A stretch of DNA of 64,000 bases from the human T2T-CHM13v2.0 reference genome, Homo sapiens, in NCBI RefSeq assembly GCF_009914755.1, contig NC_060925.1; one strand, given 5' to 3'. The number at the start of each line of letters is the position of its first letter. Position 1 is the first letter of the stretch. A program made the position numbers and the translations under genes. Shown in pieces: positions 50,464-64,000 of the stretch. The notes under the pieces are model-generated. The model worked only from the letters and a program-made list of their open reading frames with translations. It did no database searches and was not told where the DNA came from.

Positions 50464-51389
50464 TAAGATGATTTCTTATATTAAAAGTATCACACGTTTT
50501 CCCATGAGAAAATATGACAAGAAAAAGTAAAAATTATCAACATAAATATATCAATGAAATATACAACAGTAGAACATAATGAAAACCTTCTCAGTGCAAA
50601 AATACACTGTATTACAGAACAAGCAAGAACCAAGAAACAAGTTGAATTGCATTGTTAGTTACCAAAATGTGTTGGTATATCTTAGTTTGCCAGAGTAGAC
50701 TAAATTGCATTAATGGACACAGGTTTCAGCCAAAGCCTAGAAGCAATGACACTTACCCTAAAGACTGAAAAAGGAAAAATAAGTATACTGAAAAAAGGAA
50801 AAGAAATCCAAGGTGGCAGCAGGGATTCTAAGAAAAGGCTCTTATAACCTCTAACTGATTTTGAATTCTTACTCCCAGACAATGATGTTTCAGGGTAGAG
50901 AGGGCCTACTTGCCATGAGATCATTTGACTTTTTCTTATCTAAGTGCTTCCTAGACAACCCAATGGATATCCCACAGGCACCAGAAACTCCATTATGCAA
51001 AACCAAATTCTTCATCTCCCTTCCCAAATCTCTACCTCCTGGTGCATTTTACCTTTAGTGAATGGAGCCATCCAACATACAGTTGCTTAAGTGATAACTG
51101 AAAATCACTGTATAATACTTTCTTCTTCATATGCAATATATGCCCTACTCTTGCTACTTGAATAATCACCATCTCTGGTAATTCCAACTCCTATACCACT
51201 CAAAAACTCATCACCTCTTCCACTTCCATTAGTCTGCTGTAGTTCCGGTTATCCCCACTTATTACCAGGTCCTCTAGACCTGGTACGTAATCACTATTAT
51301 AATACATTATGATTTTTGTTATTCACAACAACGCTGTAAAATAGGCACCGATATTCCAATTTTAATGACATCTTTGAAAATTAAAAACA

Positions 51390-51788
51390 ATTTTTGTTAA
51401 AAGTTAATTGAAACAGTTTAGAAGAATTGAATACGATGAGACAAAATCTACCTATAACCCCACCCTCTGCCTCCAGGCCTTTTCCACATATGTGAACACT
51501 ATTAATGTTGTGTATCTTTATAAAAATATATTTTTTATACCAAAAAGATAATATTAAGCATACAGTTCTGCAACTTGGACTACATTAAAAAATACCACAG
51601 TAAACATGGGTTTATACCTATGTTGGCAATTTTATCCACTGAGTGAAATTTTAATTGAGAAATTTCTAGGTCAAAGAGTGCATGTATTCAAAAATTTTAT
51701 TGCTATGTTCAAATTGTTCTGTAGAAAGAATGTACAAATTTATAATCCTACTAACAGATTCTGACAATGCCTATTTTCCTTTATTCTC
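51390..51788 (-). mobile_element. Very old L1 (L1ME-like) 3' fragment
   Basis: agaaatttctaggtcaaagagtgcatg...caaattgttctgtagaaag...acaaatttataatcctactaacag. Confidence 0.5.
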
Positions 51789-51789
51789 G

Positions 51790-52195
51790 CATAGTCTTCA
51801 GAATCCTAGCAGGAAATAGAAAGGACAGTCAATTGTGGATAAAATGAATAAATGTTATGTAACCACTTACAAAGATATAGCCTTGTGCAGGAAAACCACA
51901 AGGGACAGTAGAGGACACTGGGAGTGGCAGTAAGGACCCAGGACCATCTTAAGACCAGAGCCTGGCAAAAAGGGCCACCAGACATGAGCTGAGATTTCAG
52001 TGGCATCCACAGGTACTTCACAGTGACCCTGCAGGAGGCCTCCCCCTCCTCAGTCTCTCTGATCTGTCCTGACTGAGTCCAGCTGGAACCTAGAGGGCAA
52101 GGTGGCCAACTGAAGTAGGTCCGTCTTCCAGATGCAGATACTGCGTCGAAGGGAGGCGAGTGGATCTGAGCAGCAAATTGAAGACATTGAGAACA
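51790..52195 (-). mobile_element. LTR33-like ERVL solo LTR, same orientation as DPYD
   Basis: Plus strand cagcaggaaa-like start, aaaccacaagggac, ggaacctagagggcaagg and gagtggatctgagcagcaaattgaagacattgagaaca follow the reverse complement of the LTR33 consensus as I remember it. Confidence 0.7.
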
Positions 52196-52289
52196 CTTCG
52201 TAATTTTCTGGGGTTGAAGATGAAAGAGTCTGTGTTTAATGTGAAAACTTGTAGATTTTTTTACCTTGCCATGTTCATTTCTGAACTCT

Positions 52290-52930
52290 TATTTTTTCCT
52301 TGGCTAACTGGTTTTGTTGTCTCTATCCTTGCTTTCCCTTCCATCAAGTTTCTGCAGAGCCACTCAAGGATCTTTCCAAAATGCAAGCAGGATCATATAA
52401 TTTCTCTGCATAAAATCTCTCACTAGTTCTCCACCTCTCCAGGGTAAAGCTGAAACTCCTAGGCAAGCATAAACGGCCCTTCGTAACTGGGCTCCTGCGG
52501 TCTAGGGATCTCTTTCCAACCATCATGTCTGCTATTCTCCCATCTGTATTCAGCACTCAGGCAGTACAGAGCCATTTGTAGTTCCCGGTTGTGAAATATT
52601 TTCTCAAACTTCAAAGGTACTGCATCACTCTGCTGGTAATGCCAGTGCCTTCTCTGCCCACACGCTGAACTTCTAGTCATTCTTCAAGATGCCAATCAAG
52701 AGTCACTTTCTCTGGAAGGTCCTAATCAACTTGCTCTTGTGGTAGAGTTAGGTAATTAATACTCTGAACTACTATGTGACATTGTGTGTTTCTCATCTGC
52801 ACATAGTTTTCTGAAACTATTTAGTTGCTGCCTTCCCCCTTGAGATTGTGAGCACTGTGACAGCAGGGGTTTGTTCCTTGTTCACTTTATTCATTTCTCT
52901 CTTCAGTATTTAGCACAGACTCTGATGTCT
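52290..52930 (+). mobile_element. L2 fragment
   Basis: ggatctttccaaaatgcaagcaggatcat...cagggtaaagctgaaactcctaggc...gattgtgagcactgtgacagcaggg. Confidence 0.7.
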
Positions 52931-53300
52931 TACGGCCTATATATTATCTTAGTATCTTCACTAACTTGCCATGTGTACTTGGTAAAGCCCCTTAATTTCT
53001 CCAAGTTTCCTAGCTATAAAATGGATGCAATATTAGTGCTAAGGGTCTGGCAAATATTAACTCTTTTAACTCTCACAACAACCTTAAGAGTTAATTTTAG
53101 TTAAGCTCTTGGCAGTATGTCTGGCACACAAGTGGTCAAGAAATGTTAAATCTTTATGTATTGTATCAAATCACCAAGGATCTTACTTCCAGAGATTAAC
53201 TATTTGCATGAAAAACCATTAGATTTCCCAAGAGAAACGTGAAAAGTTTTGGGGCCTCACACTAAGACTCGTGAGGTTATCAAGCTTAAAATTTCTGAGC

Positions 53301-53339
53301 AAAAAACAAAACAAAACAACAACAACAACAACAACAAAA
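53301..53339. repeat. (CAAAA)n/(CAA)n simple repeat
   Basis: Read directly from the sequence. Confidence 0.9.
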
Positions 53340-54524
53340 GTGATTGCCTAGAAACTTTGGGTGTTTGAGAAACGTAAGGATGGGTTTTTGGTCAGTTTTT
53401 ATTTATTGCCTAATCCAGAGAATACAAGAGTGCCTATCCCATAACAGGTGACAATAAATATTTGTTGGAAGAATGTATTGTATGTGCTTTAGTTTGGGAC
53501 ACAGCTGCTTATCAATATGGATCAGTACTGTGGCCCAAGGTGAGACACAGGCACCCTGTCTCCATGTCAGGGGGATATTACTGCAACTCCTCAGGGAGGT
53601 GGAAACACACCATTCAAAGAGTAAAGCAACACTCTGAGCATCTTAAAGACTATTATCTCTGGTGGAAAATTCTCAGCTTCAAAGACTCCATGGCAAGAGC
53701 ATTAGGAAGAATGTTTCCAAAAACCGATATGGGGGGATTTTCTGGCAGAGGTGAGTTTCTGAAATGGTACGAGTGAAATAGTCAGGCATATAAAGCGCTA
53801 GCCCCTGAGGATGGGAGCACAGAAATACAGAATAGGGGCAGTGGGGATTGGAGTTCTGTATTACAATACCCCTGAAATTGTTGTTTATTCCTACACCTTG
53901 TGTTTTACCTCAGGAAAGCAAGAGATATGGAATTGTTCTCACCAATAGTTGAAAGTGATATTAGGAATTAACTTTTTTAAAAAAGCAAAGACCTAACAAT
54001 CTTTTAGTTATCAGCATTGGTTTTGGGAAGTATTTTTAACATTATTATATTAAAATATTAATATAGGTAGCAATATTTGAATATGGAATTATTTACGTTT
54101 TAGAAAATGTGCATTTCAAATAAAATAATGCACTTATTAGCGAGAGTTTTACAATTAAAGGGAAGACAGCTTGCACAATTTAATTGTTTAGTCTTTAACA
54201 AGGGACCATGGAAATGACTGGAGAAGCCTTCAGAGGACAAATGACTTTGAATTAGAAAGCTAAGGTCACATTTACAGACTTACTCTGATAACATGTTTGC
54301 TGCTAACTAGAGATTGTAGTAGACTGACCTAGGAGAAGACCAAGAATGTACCAAACAAAGGAGAGGTAAAGTAGAGTAACCTTTTTTAGAATGTATTTTT
54401 CTGGTCTGGATTTCAGATGTCTCATTTCCTACCTCCACGGGCTACTGGGTCACTAGTATTACTTCACATTGTACAGGTCACAACAAGGACCCTGAGCACA
54501 TGACAGGGTGGTGGATTCTGGGAG

Positions 54525-55040
54525 TTCATTCCCTGAGCACCTACTATGGACCAGGAATTGGACTAGATTCTGAGAATACAGTATTCAAGAAAACATATAT
54601 GACACTTGCATACTTCAAGCTTGTGATCCAGTGGAGAAGAGAAACATTCAAGGAACATTAACACAATGGTATACATTACAAAATGTGGTAAGTGCTACAA
54701 ACAAGATGCTATCCAAAATAAATGAATGAGTAAATAAATAAGTGGCCTGTAATACAGTTCACCCTTTCAGGCAATGTCTCCATGTAGAAGTGACATGAAA
54801 ATGGAAATTTCACAGATGAGCTGGAATCTGTTTTGGGTGAACAATGACTCAATTCAAGTAAGGGGAATATCATACATCAAGGTCCACATGCACCGAGAAC
54901 TAGGCATGTTTAAACACACAGAAAAAGCCAGTATTGCTGGATGTTAATGACTGAGCAGGGAATGGAGTGAAATGCTGTCATGGAAGCAGACAGTAGCCAC
55001 ATAAAAATGTTGGTCCTAGCAAGAGAAATCATATTGTAAT
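54525..55040 (-). mobile_element. L2 fragment
   Basis: ctgagcacctactatggaccagg...ttcaagcttgtgatccagtggagaagag. Confidence 0.6.
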
Positions 55041-58000
55041 GATTTTACTAGGGATGAGGTAGAAAATGCTCCAGCTCTCCTATGCTGCCCATATGCCCAT
55101 TTTCTTTGACTTGAAGATGGAGCTGAACAGCACTGAATTCTTGATTTTATTCAAGTCTTTGAGTAACCACACAACCTCTAAGCTCATTTTCTGTCTGGTT
55201 CATAGTCTGGCCAAGTGGAAAGAGGGGTGTGATTATGGCTAAGTGGGGTAGGTGGAAGGAAAGCAGCAACTTCCTTTGTTCCTTCCCTTTCAGACCTGAT
55301 ATTATCCTAAAGAAGAGAGTACAAAATGACATTGCTTCCCTCCTGCTGGGGAGAGTGCAGAATTGGTCATGGGCAATTGTGAGCACTGAGCTGACATAGT
55401 ACCCTGGTGACCCGAATGAGTTAATGCATTGTCCTAAAGCTCTAATTTACAACCAGGAAGAATTTGGGGCATTGAGAGGCAGATTGAATAGGTCCATTTT
55501 TACCCATTGTGATTTCAGTGACAGGACCAGTTTGCTCTCGTCTAAACTGGCCCACCAAATCATGCATTCAGACAATTGAATCACCAACCCCCTGACATAC
55601 TGCAGAATCTCTGCAATGTAACACAGCACTGTCACTTCAGGTTCCAGCTTAATGTACCCTTTACTTTCTAGTCCTCTTCTCTCTTTGGACATTTTGCACT
55701 GAAAAGCTTCTCTGACACTGATTACAAAATAAGAAATTAATATTGTCATTCATCTTTCCACTAGCCTGTGAGTGCAAAATCTTTCCAATAAACCCACTAT
55801 AAAACCAAATATGCAGCCAAAAATAGACCTAGTCCTCCTGATTCTCAGATTTGCACCTCTTTAACACACCGACACTATGACACATCTGTTTGTCTTTTTA
55901 TGTAGAACTTTCTTAGTATATAATGGTATTTATTTTTATCTACTAATGATAACAAGAGACAATTCCAATAACATCTAAAGCCAGACAATTAAACAAACTA
56001 CATTAAAAGCTGTTCATAAGTTTAATAAAAATGATTATCTTGAAAGCTCTTAATATTCTTCAGATCAAAGGATATGTGGAAAGGATATGTGAAAACCCAT
56101 TACACCTATAGTAATGGGTGTTTCGTGGTTACATGGTGAGGCTCTAGAACTTTTGATAGGATAGTTTATGCAGAAATAACCATAATGCTGCAGGATGGAA
56201 ACAGGGTAGAAATTTCTCTTTCACCTCCTGAATAGAAAAGACAACTGAGAGTGGTGGTCAGAATACTACTGGGAAAGGAAACATAGACACACTGTTCAGG
56301 CAAGACACAGAAGCACAGTGTGAAAACAAGACCTGCTAGAATATGAAAGAAGCATCCTTTACTCCCATAGGTTAAAGAATGTCACCAGAATCACAGTAAG
56401 GAGAAAATGAACACTGATTATAGTTGCTATGTGTCTTTATCATTTCTTATGCAAATATTCATAGTGAATTTCTCTATAACACTCATTATATAGTTTGGGC
56501 TCACTAATTCTTATAGGATACCTTTTGTCACCTTCGTAAGATCGATGTTTCTCCAGAAACCGATACTAGCATCTGAGCTAGTATGAACCCTTTAAATATT
56601 ATATTTTGGATTCTTCTGCCCACAGTGAACTGAAAAAAATCCTTTTCTGAATGCTGTTTTATTGAAGGTTAATTTTTTCTCAGAGTTTTCCACAACATAT
56701 AAACCCAAGCAATTAAAAGTTCTTAAACTGACCATTGTCAGCTTCTCACATTACCTTTATTTTAGTATGTTCTGAATTAGTTAAGCACAGACTTAATCAA
56801 TTCAGTTTTTCAGATCTGAAAATTTTTTTGTGTTAAAAATATATGAAGTTATAACAATAATATCACATCAATTTCATATAAATTTCACAGACTCTGCCCT
56901 AGAAAACCTAGGGTATATGATGACTATGCTTAGGGTATCGCATTATAAAATACTGATAAACTTTTTTTAGAAAGGATTAATTAATTTGAAATCTCCAGAT
57001 GATAAATATGTGTGCTTCTGCATCAATACTATTTTTTAAGCCTATAAGAAAATCAGCAGTATAAATAGATGTTACCACATTTCAACTAAAGAAAAACAAA
57101 TAAAAAATATCTGCCATAGGTCTCCCTCTTACAACAATATAATATAACAGATTATGAAAGTGATCTCCAATGATTTGCCTATTTAGAATCTTTCGGTAGA
57201 AAACAATTAAGCAAATCGAGATATTTCAGCATAACATTATAAAGGCAAAAACCATCAAAGTAGACCAAACAATTATTATCCTATTAAATATTAACCAAGA
57301 ATATTGTTACTAAAACTGTAAAAATGAAGAAAGAAGGGAAACTTAGAGATTTCGGCTTTCCTGTTATGACTATAACTTTTCAAAATGTTAGTCTCCTTTA
57401 CTGACCCAGCACTTCATTACTCCAGAGGGAAATTTAGAAAAGGTCTTTTATAGAAACAGATGTCTACGAAGTCATCTATAATGATTCATATATGGTTGGG
57501 ATCCTACATCTATAGTTGAACTTCAATAGCCAGAAAAGTACATCTGACATTTTGCAAACAGACTTTGTCCAATCATGCTATGGCTTCACCTAAATCCCCC
57601 AACTCTGGTCAATTCCCCTGCATAGGATTGTAAACAAGTTCACATTTGAACCCTGACAGCATTCTTTTCATTAATGCCTTTTTCAGAAATTTCACTTGTT
57701 TGCATTTTAGCTGTACAATTTCATACATATTATACATTTCAGCTTCAGTTTACCAAAAAAAAAGTCTGCATCTTAACTCTTTAAAACTATAATCAAAGAA
57801 GAAAGTAAAGCAAACATTAAAAAAAAAAAACAACATTTGTCAGTTCTGAGTGGTTCTATGCAAAGGTGTTATTACATTATTATTCTATGAAAATAATTTC
57901 ATTATTTTTCATTTTTTCAAAATTAAAAGAAAGGCATTAGTTGACATTAGTGTTCATTAAATATAGGCTGGAAAAGGAGGGTAGCAGAATCAGAAATTGG

Positions 58001-61000
58001 CTTAGAATTAGAGCAGAAAGGAGGTACGAGGCAAGAGGTCATGAAATTGTTAAAAGTACACGTGGTGGGAGATATAGAGATAAGGACTTCGGTTCAGATG
58101 ACAGGAACACAGCTTTCAAAACTGCAGAGGTGGCAAAATTCTTTGGGAAAAGAAGGGCAGGAGCTGTCTATGGAAGAAAGTCAGTGACATGATGGCAAAA
58201 GTAACTAGAGGATGATACGTGGTAGCAAAGACCATAAATGCTGACAGCAGACAAAGATTAAAAGTAATATACCAAAGGTCTCATGAATATTTGGGGGTAA
58301 GGAGGAAGAAGAGAAAGAAATGCAGAGCAAGGACCCATGAGGCTGAAGGATAGAAAGAGTGTGGCTTAGTCTAATAGAATATGGTTTGGTGACATAGAAT
58401 GCTGACTCAACCTCTCTCCAAATGGCACTGCGAAGCAGGAAGAGTACTGGATGCAACTATTGGCTTAAAAATAGAGGAGTGGCTCTATAGTGGGGTGGGA
58501 TGAAGGGTAGGCAGAGACAATGGAAACTAGTGACTTCTATTTGAGAGATTTTTAAGGAATACTCCTCTTTTTCAGGGTTAATAGATATTTTAGTAAAGGC
58601 AAAGAGGTAGATACTAGGATCTAGAAAAAAATTTAGGTTATCAAGAGATGTTAAGAGGATATGTTTCAAAGAGCAGAGTCAAAAGGGAGGTGCTCTAGAA
58701 AAGAGGAGAGTTAATTCTTGTTGGGTGGTAACTGATTAGAGAATATTAACCTTAAGCAATGATGCATGATTTTTATAATGTCTTTAACTTTTTAGGCCAA
58801 ACTAGAATTTCATTTTATCTGATGTCTCTGCAAATTTCTATGGCATAAGAGATTTAAGATTCAGAGTTGGTAGAAGAAGGACTTTATTTTTATGCAGTAT
58901 ATAATATGTGAATTAAGTTGTTATGAACCTATAGTATTTCTTAGTTAATCTTCAAATAAGTCCTTTAAGAAAATTCATATCTACAACTACTACCTCGGGA
59001 TACTATGACCCAAAAGGAGGGCTATATATCCAAAGATTTATCTTTTATTGTTTGTTTTTGAGATTAATTATCTGTTTATGAAGTTAAATATTTGTTGGTA
59101 CTATCCATCAAAAGGTAAGTTTTCTGATATTGGAAGTCTTAAAGATCAGACAAAAATGACCTTCACTTCTTTTTTTCTGATTGTTATCTCAAGAGCCAAC
59201 ATAAACCTACTCTTATTTCTGCCTGGCCAAATGACTGACATTTGTGTTTACCTAAAGATCTATACCTTCAGCACATACAGGCGATAATATAAAACTCCTG
59301 TGTGTCTGTTGTAGGAAATTACTAAGAAAACATAACCCCAATCCTTCACTCTATACTAGGTACCAAAATAATTTCACAGGTGATTTAAAACTCTTACCCT
59401 AATCTTCATGCCCCAAGTGCAATGTGACCTGTCTAGCCAGGAAACTAACAGAGCATTCTCTCCCTTCCTCTTTCGGTCTTGTGTTCCCCAGCTCCCAGCA
59501 GTGGTCTGTTCCCATAGTTAACCTCACAGAACAAGATAAAGCTTTCTTGCCCAATGAAGCAAGAAAAAAAAAAAAATCTCTCCCTGAAAATGCACCTCCG
59601 TCTCAAACATTTTTTCCAGAAATAGATATTAATCCTGCCCCTTTGCCCACTCAGCCAACAGTCAAAGAACCTCAGAATATAAAAATTCTCAGTAATTTTC
59701 TATGTTGCTCCCATCAAACCATTTCATTACATATGACTAAAATGGAGTAGGGAATAGAAAATAGTATGTATTCACCTCTGGAATGATCTCATATATTTTC
59801 CAAGCATGAGATCCCACTGGTTTCTCTTATGTGCAATTCAAAGATGCCTAAAAAATGGCTAAGTATTTATGGTTCAGTTAAAATATAAAAGCTTTTTCTT
59901 CTACTATTCAATACACACTGTAACAATACAATAAAAGTTATACATTACGAAAGTGATTTCTGAGCCTCAGTGAGAGGTCCATTTAATCAAATCATTGTCA
60001 GAAGTGTAGTATCTCTAGGAGAGTGACCTTGCCCAACCTCTTTGTTTATAGATGAGCTATGACTTGCCCAAGTTCATATAGTTGGTGACACAGCCATGAA
60101 AGGCTCTAGTTCTTCAAGATCATGGTACAGTATTTAACCATTTATTTTAATGTGCTCCATGATTTTCCCCCATAACATCAACAATCCCACAAATTACAGA
60201 TTTCCTAATACATAAGTCAGTTTTTTAAATCTATTTTTGGAAAGAAAGGCAGTTCTTCAAATTCTGAACATGAAAAAGAATTTTTAAAAAATTTAGTGCC
60301 CAGTGAGTACTTATGTAAATGAATACAATGAATCAGATACTATAGGACAAATTAGTAAGATGGAAGCAATAGAGGCAGGAAAGCAGTAGGTTTTGTTCCT
60401 GGAAGTTTCAGAGTTTGAGCTCATTATTTAGAAGTAACCGGGAGATCCTATGCTAGTAGGCAGCTAAGACTAAGAAATTCAATCAGCCAGCCAAGAAACA
60501 ACAACCACTAAAAGCAAAATAACAACAACAAAATCTACTTCAGATTTTTAAAAATTAAACTTCATAACATCTCTTACAGACACAAGTGATTCAGATAAAT
60601 TGAAAATGAACATGTTGTCCAAAATTCAGCAAGTCCTTAAGTTTTCTTTTTTTTTTTGAGCATGTGTAGGTGTTTTTATGTTTGCTCATGTGAGTGACAG
60701 TAAGAAAGATTTCAAAATGTGAATATGATTATGATTAAACTGTAGTGTTAATTTAGCCTGAGAAAGTGGGCTTTTTGTTAATAGATTATTAGGTAAATAG
60801 GGTATTAAATTTTTTAAATCATTTAAAAAGTTTTATAAGGATTCAAATAAAATCAAAATATCAGTTCAGGAAAATTTAAGAGCTTAAGTAGTAAAATAGT
60901 GTGGGCATTTTTAGAAATGAACATTAGACATGAATTTGTATTTGGGGAGTATTATAAATTACAACACAAATTATTATGTAGTCTTAATAATCATACAGAG

Positions 61001-61369
61001 ATAATGTTAAACATTCATCTCAAACTATTAACCAGGGTAACCTGATATACATCTTGGTAAATCTGAGTTAATGAAGAATTATCATTTGTTTTACTAAATA
61101 GGATAATATAATTGTACCATATGTAGGAGTAGAAATATTGGTATGCTTTCTAAGTTGTTTTATTTTGCAAAATTTGATTTTCTATTTTACCTAAAAAAGT
61201 GGTATGCTTCTTAAATTTAAATCAATAGTGTATCTGTAAATAAATTTTTACTTAAGAAATAACTTCAGCATACATTCATCTGCCTTAATCATAAACAGAA
61301 AGAAGTATCTTATTTTCTCTTTATTCTTTTTTTGGAGGTCAGGAAATATGATTAGGTATATGGTACATT

Positions 61370-61620
61370 TAACCGTTGTGTATATAGGAGAGATTGAAAA
61401 CTCTGAGGTTCAATTCCTGGGTTTGCCACTTTCTAGTCTTTTTATCTTGAGTAAGATACTTCTTATTTTTTATGATTAGTTTCCACATTTGTAAAGTAAG
61501 GATAATGATACCTCCTGTCTAAAATTGTGCTGAGAATTAGTGATAAAGTATGTCTACTACTCAGTCTAGTAACTGGCACAAAAACAAGTAGCTTCTACTA
61601 ACGAATTTAGTCATCATTAA
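61370..61620 (+). mobile_element. MIR
   Basis: ggttcaattcctgggtttgccactt...agtttccacatttgtaaagtaaggataatgatacct. Confidence 0.65.
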
Positions 61621-62370
61621 TTATGATACCCTGACTAATCAATATTGGCAACACATAATTCTAAAAGATGTGCATCTGAAATTTAATGCTATACTCTTGT
61701 GTTTTCTCTGGATTTAAGAGGAATAGGGATGTGGAGAAGAGGGTTGTGGAGAAGGGGGGGTAATCAATAATCAAAATCATATTTAAGAAAAGAAGTATGA
61801 TATGCTTAATAAATGTGGACAAACTGAACACTAGTTTGCACAAGTTTGGAACCAATCTCTTTAACCCTTAGTTTTTCCCTTGGTAAACAAACAGACTAAG
61901 TCATATAATGCTTGATAATTAATTATTCAAAGTTTCTCTGGCATTCAGTGTCTCTATGATTAATAATTCAGTTACGTTTATTGAGAATGCTAAATAATGG
62001 CAACTCACATTTTTCCTACTATCATTAAGACTGTCCTGTTCCAGTGATGGCTGGGAGTAAATCTGAACATAAACCAGAAAATCGCAGGAGATGTGTAGTA
62101 GTTCCTTAGTTACAACTATGAGAATGAAGTCGTACCCTTGGAGAATTCTAGTGTGTGACTTGAAATATACTTAGTAATCCAGTCACTGAAAGACTGACAG
62201 ATTTGCTCATTGGTTTCTCAGATTCCGCCTAACAAGGCCTACGGGACATGGATTCTAAATGAGAAGAATAATTTCTAAAAAGTATTTTGACAGTTGCCTT
62301 TAAAAAAACAGAAACATTTTATGGCATATGTCCTTTATTTATAAGACTGATTTTTATAGATTATTTAGCA

Positions 62371-62471
62371 TGCTTGAACCCAGGAGGTGGAGGTGGCAGT
62401 GAGCTGAAATCGCGTCACTGCACTCCAGCCTGGGCAGCAGAGTGAAACTCAGTCTTGGGAAAAAAAAAAAA
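62371..62471 (+). mobile_element. Alu 3' fragment (last ~90 nt plus A tail)
   Basis: tgcttgaacccaggaggtggaggtggcagtgagctga...gcctgggcagcagagtgaaactc. No clear TSD. Confidence 0.88.
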
Positions 62472-63432
62472 TGTCCTCTTTCACGTGAATTTTAATAAAA
62501 TACTATGATGCACATAAAAGAGAAGCAGTTGAACTGTGCTAAGCATGGGGCTTGGCCCTAGGAACACTGCGAGACTGCTGTCTGGTTAGGAAGCAGAGTC
62601 TTATATGCACATAATTACAAGATGCATGGATTCATGCATTAATAGAAGTATGATTATCCTTCCCCAACATCTGATTCCTCTTACTGAAATACAATTTTAC
62701 ATCTATATACTTTTTATATCTATCTATATCAATTTGTAAACATTGCCTATATGTGAACCAATCCTACTGAGAATTTAGTAGAAGTGGAGCCTGAGTTCAG
62801 AGGGAAAAAAAAAATAACAGATAGCAGAACAGGCTTAGCAGTTTTTTCCAGACAATCCTGGAGGAGGAAATTAAAAAATAGGGTTTTAGAATTGACCTGC
62901 AGGACAATTAATTAATTTATTTTTTCTTAAGAAATATTTATTGCGCTCCCCTTATGCACCAGCCATTCTTCAAGGAGGTACAGATTCAGGGGTAAATGAG
63001 AAAACAAAGAAAAAAGATTCTTACACATAGAGAAAAAATGTTTTGTGAGAAAACAGACTCCATCTGTCTTGTTCAATACTAGGTTCTAAAATAATGTCTG
63101 GCATTTAGCATACATTCAATAAATATTGGTAGAATAAAAAGAAAAAAAATGAACAATTTATACAGAAATGAATATTACTGAGGCACTAAAACCTAGCAAT
63201 GTGATTGAGAATGACTGGAGTCTGGCATAGGGGCCTGCTTTTAAAATGATGGCCAAGGAAGGCCACTGGGAGATGGTACCAAGCGAGTTGATGATTTCTG
63301 CTCCAATCTCTATCTTATCTCTTTATAACATTCAATTATATGAATGTTAGAACTTCTGATATTGTTCCACAGGTATTGGACACTGTGGCATATTTTTTCT
63401 CTTTGATTTGTCAGTTTGGGGAATTTCTTTCA

Positions 63433-64000
63433 ATAATTTTTATGGTTATATAATAATTGTACATTTTTATGGAGTACCTATGATATTTTGATACAAGCAT
63501 ACAATGTGTAATGATCAAATCAGGGTAATTAGGATATCCATCACCTCAAACATTTATCATTCCTTTGTATTAGAAACATTCCAATTCCACTCCTCAGTTA
63601 TTTTGAAATATGCAATTAATTATTGTTAACTATATTAGCCCTATTATATTACTGAACACTAGTTCTTATTCCTTCTATCTAACTATATTTTTGTAACCAT
63701 TAACCAATCTCTCTTTACCCTTCCCCTTCCCCTCCCACTACACTTCCCAGCCTCTGGTAATCGCCATTCTACACTCTATCTCCATGAGATCAGTTTTTTA
63801 TCTCTCATATGTAAGTGAGAACATGAAATGTTTGTCTTTCTGTGCCTAGCTTATTTCACTTGACACAATGTTCTCCGGTTCCATCTATGTTGTTGCAAAT
63901 GATAGAATTTCATTCTTTCTACGGCTGAAAAATATTCCATTGTGTATCTATACCACTTTTTTTAGTCCATTCATCCATTGATGGACACTTAGGTTGAATC
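63433..64000 (-). mobile_element. L1MA (L1MA3/4-like) 3' UTR, runs off the window
   Basis: gcatacaatgtgtaatgatcaaatcagggtaatt...catcacctcaaacatttatc...cattcatccattgatggacacttaggttga. Confidence 0.88.

Noticed and set aside
55045-55640. GC-richer island, possibly an ancient LTR or a regulatory element
   Set aside because: I could not match it to any family or find termini or TSDs; it needs a Dfam search.

Overview
This is AT-rich primate DNA, most likely human, from the interior of DPYD (dihydropyrimidine dehydrogenase), which is transcribed on the minus strand. It has two real coding exons, and the ORF track missed both. 14260-14328 (69 nt) encodes [23 protein letters not shown], exon 15, residues 636-658. 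5429-5512 (84 nt) encodes [28 protein letters not shown], exon 16, residues 659-686, including catalytic Cys671. Everything else is intron: part of intron 16, all of intron 15 and about 50 kb of intron 14, dense with Alu, L1, L2, MIR, LTR and DNA-transposon relics. The long ORFs in the track are repeat-derived or chance ORFs. I see no new protein-coding system. The most unusual structures are: (1) a one-ended HERV-L/MLT2A2 provirus flanked by a ~267-bp direct duplication instead of a 5-bp TSD; (2) a small L1 carrying both a 5' inversion and an apparent 3' transduction inside one TSD pair; (3) two neighbouring L1PA copies sharing non-consensus substitutions; (4) a candidate LTR33-initiated intronic transcript that could splice into a Tigger1/L1 chimera; (5) a 71-bp AT-rich near-perfect inverted repeat. 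Repeat subfamily names and exon numbers come from remembered consensus sequences and annotation, not from a search. Boundaries of old repeats are approximate.
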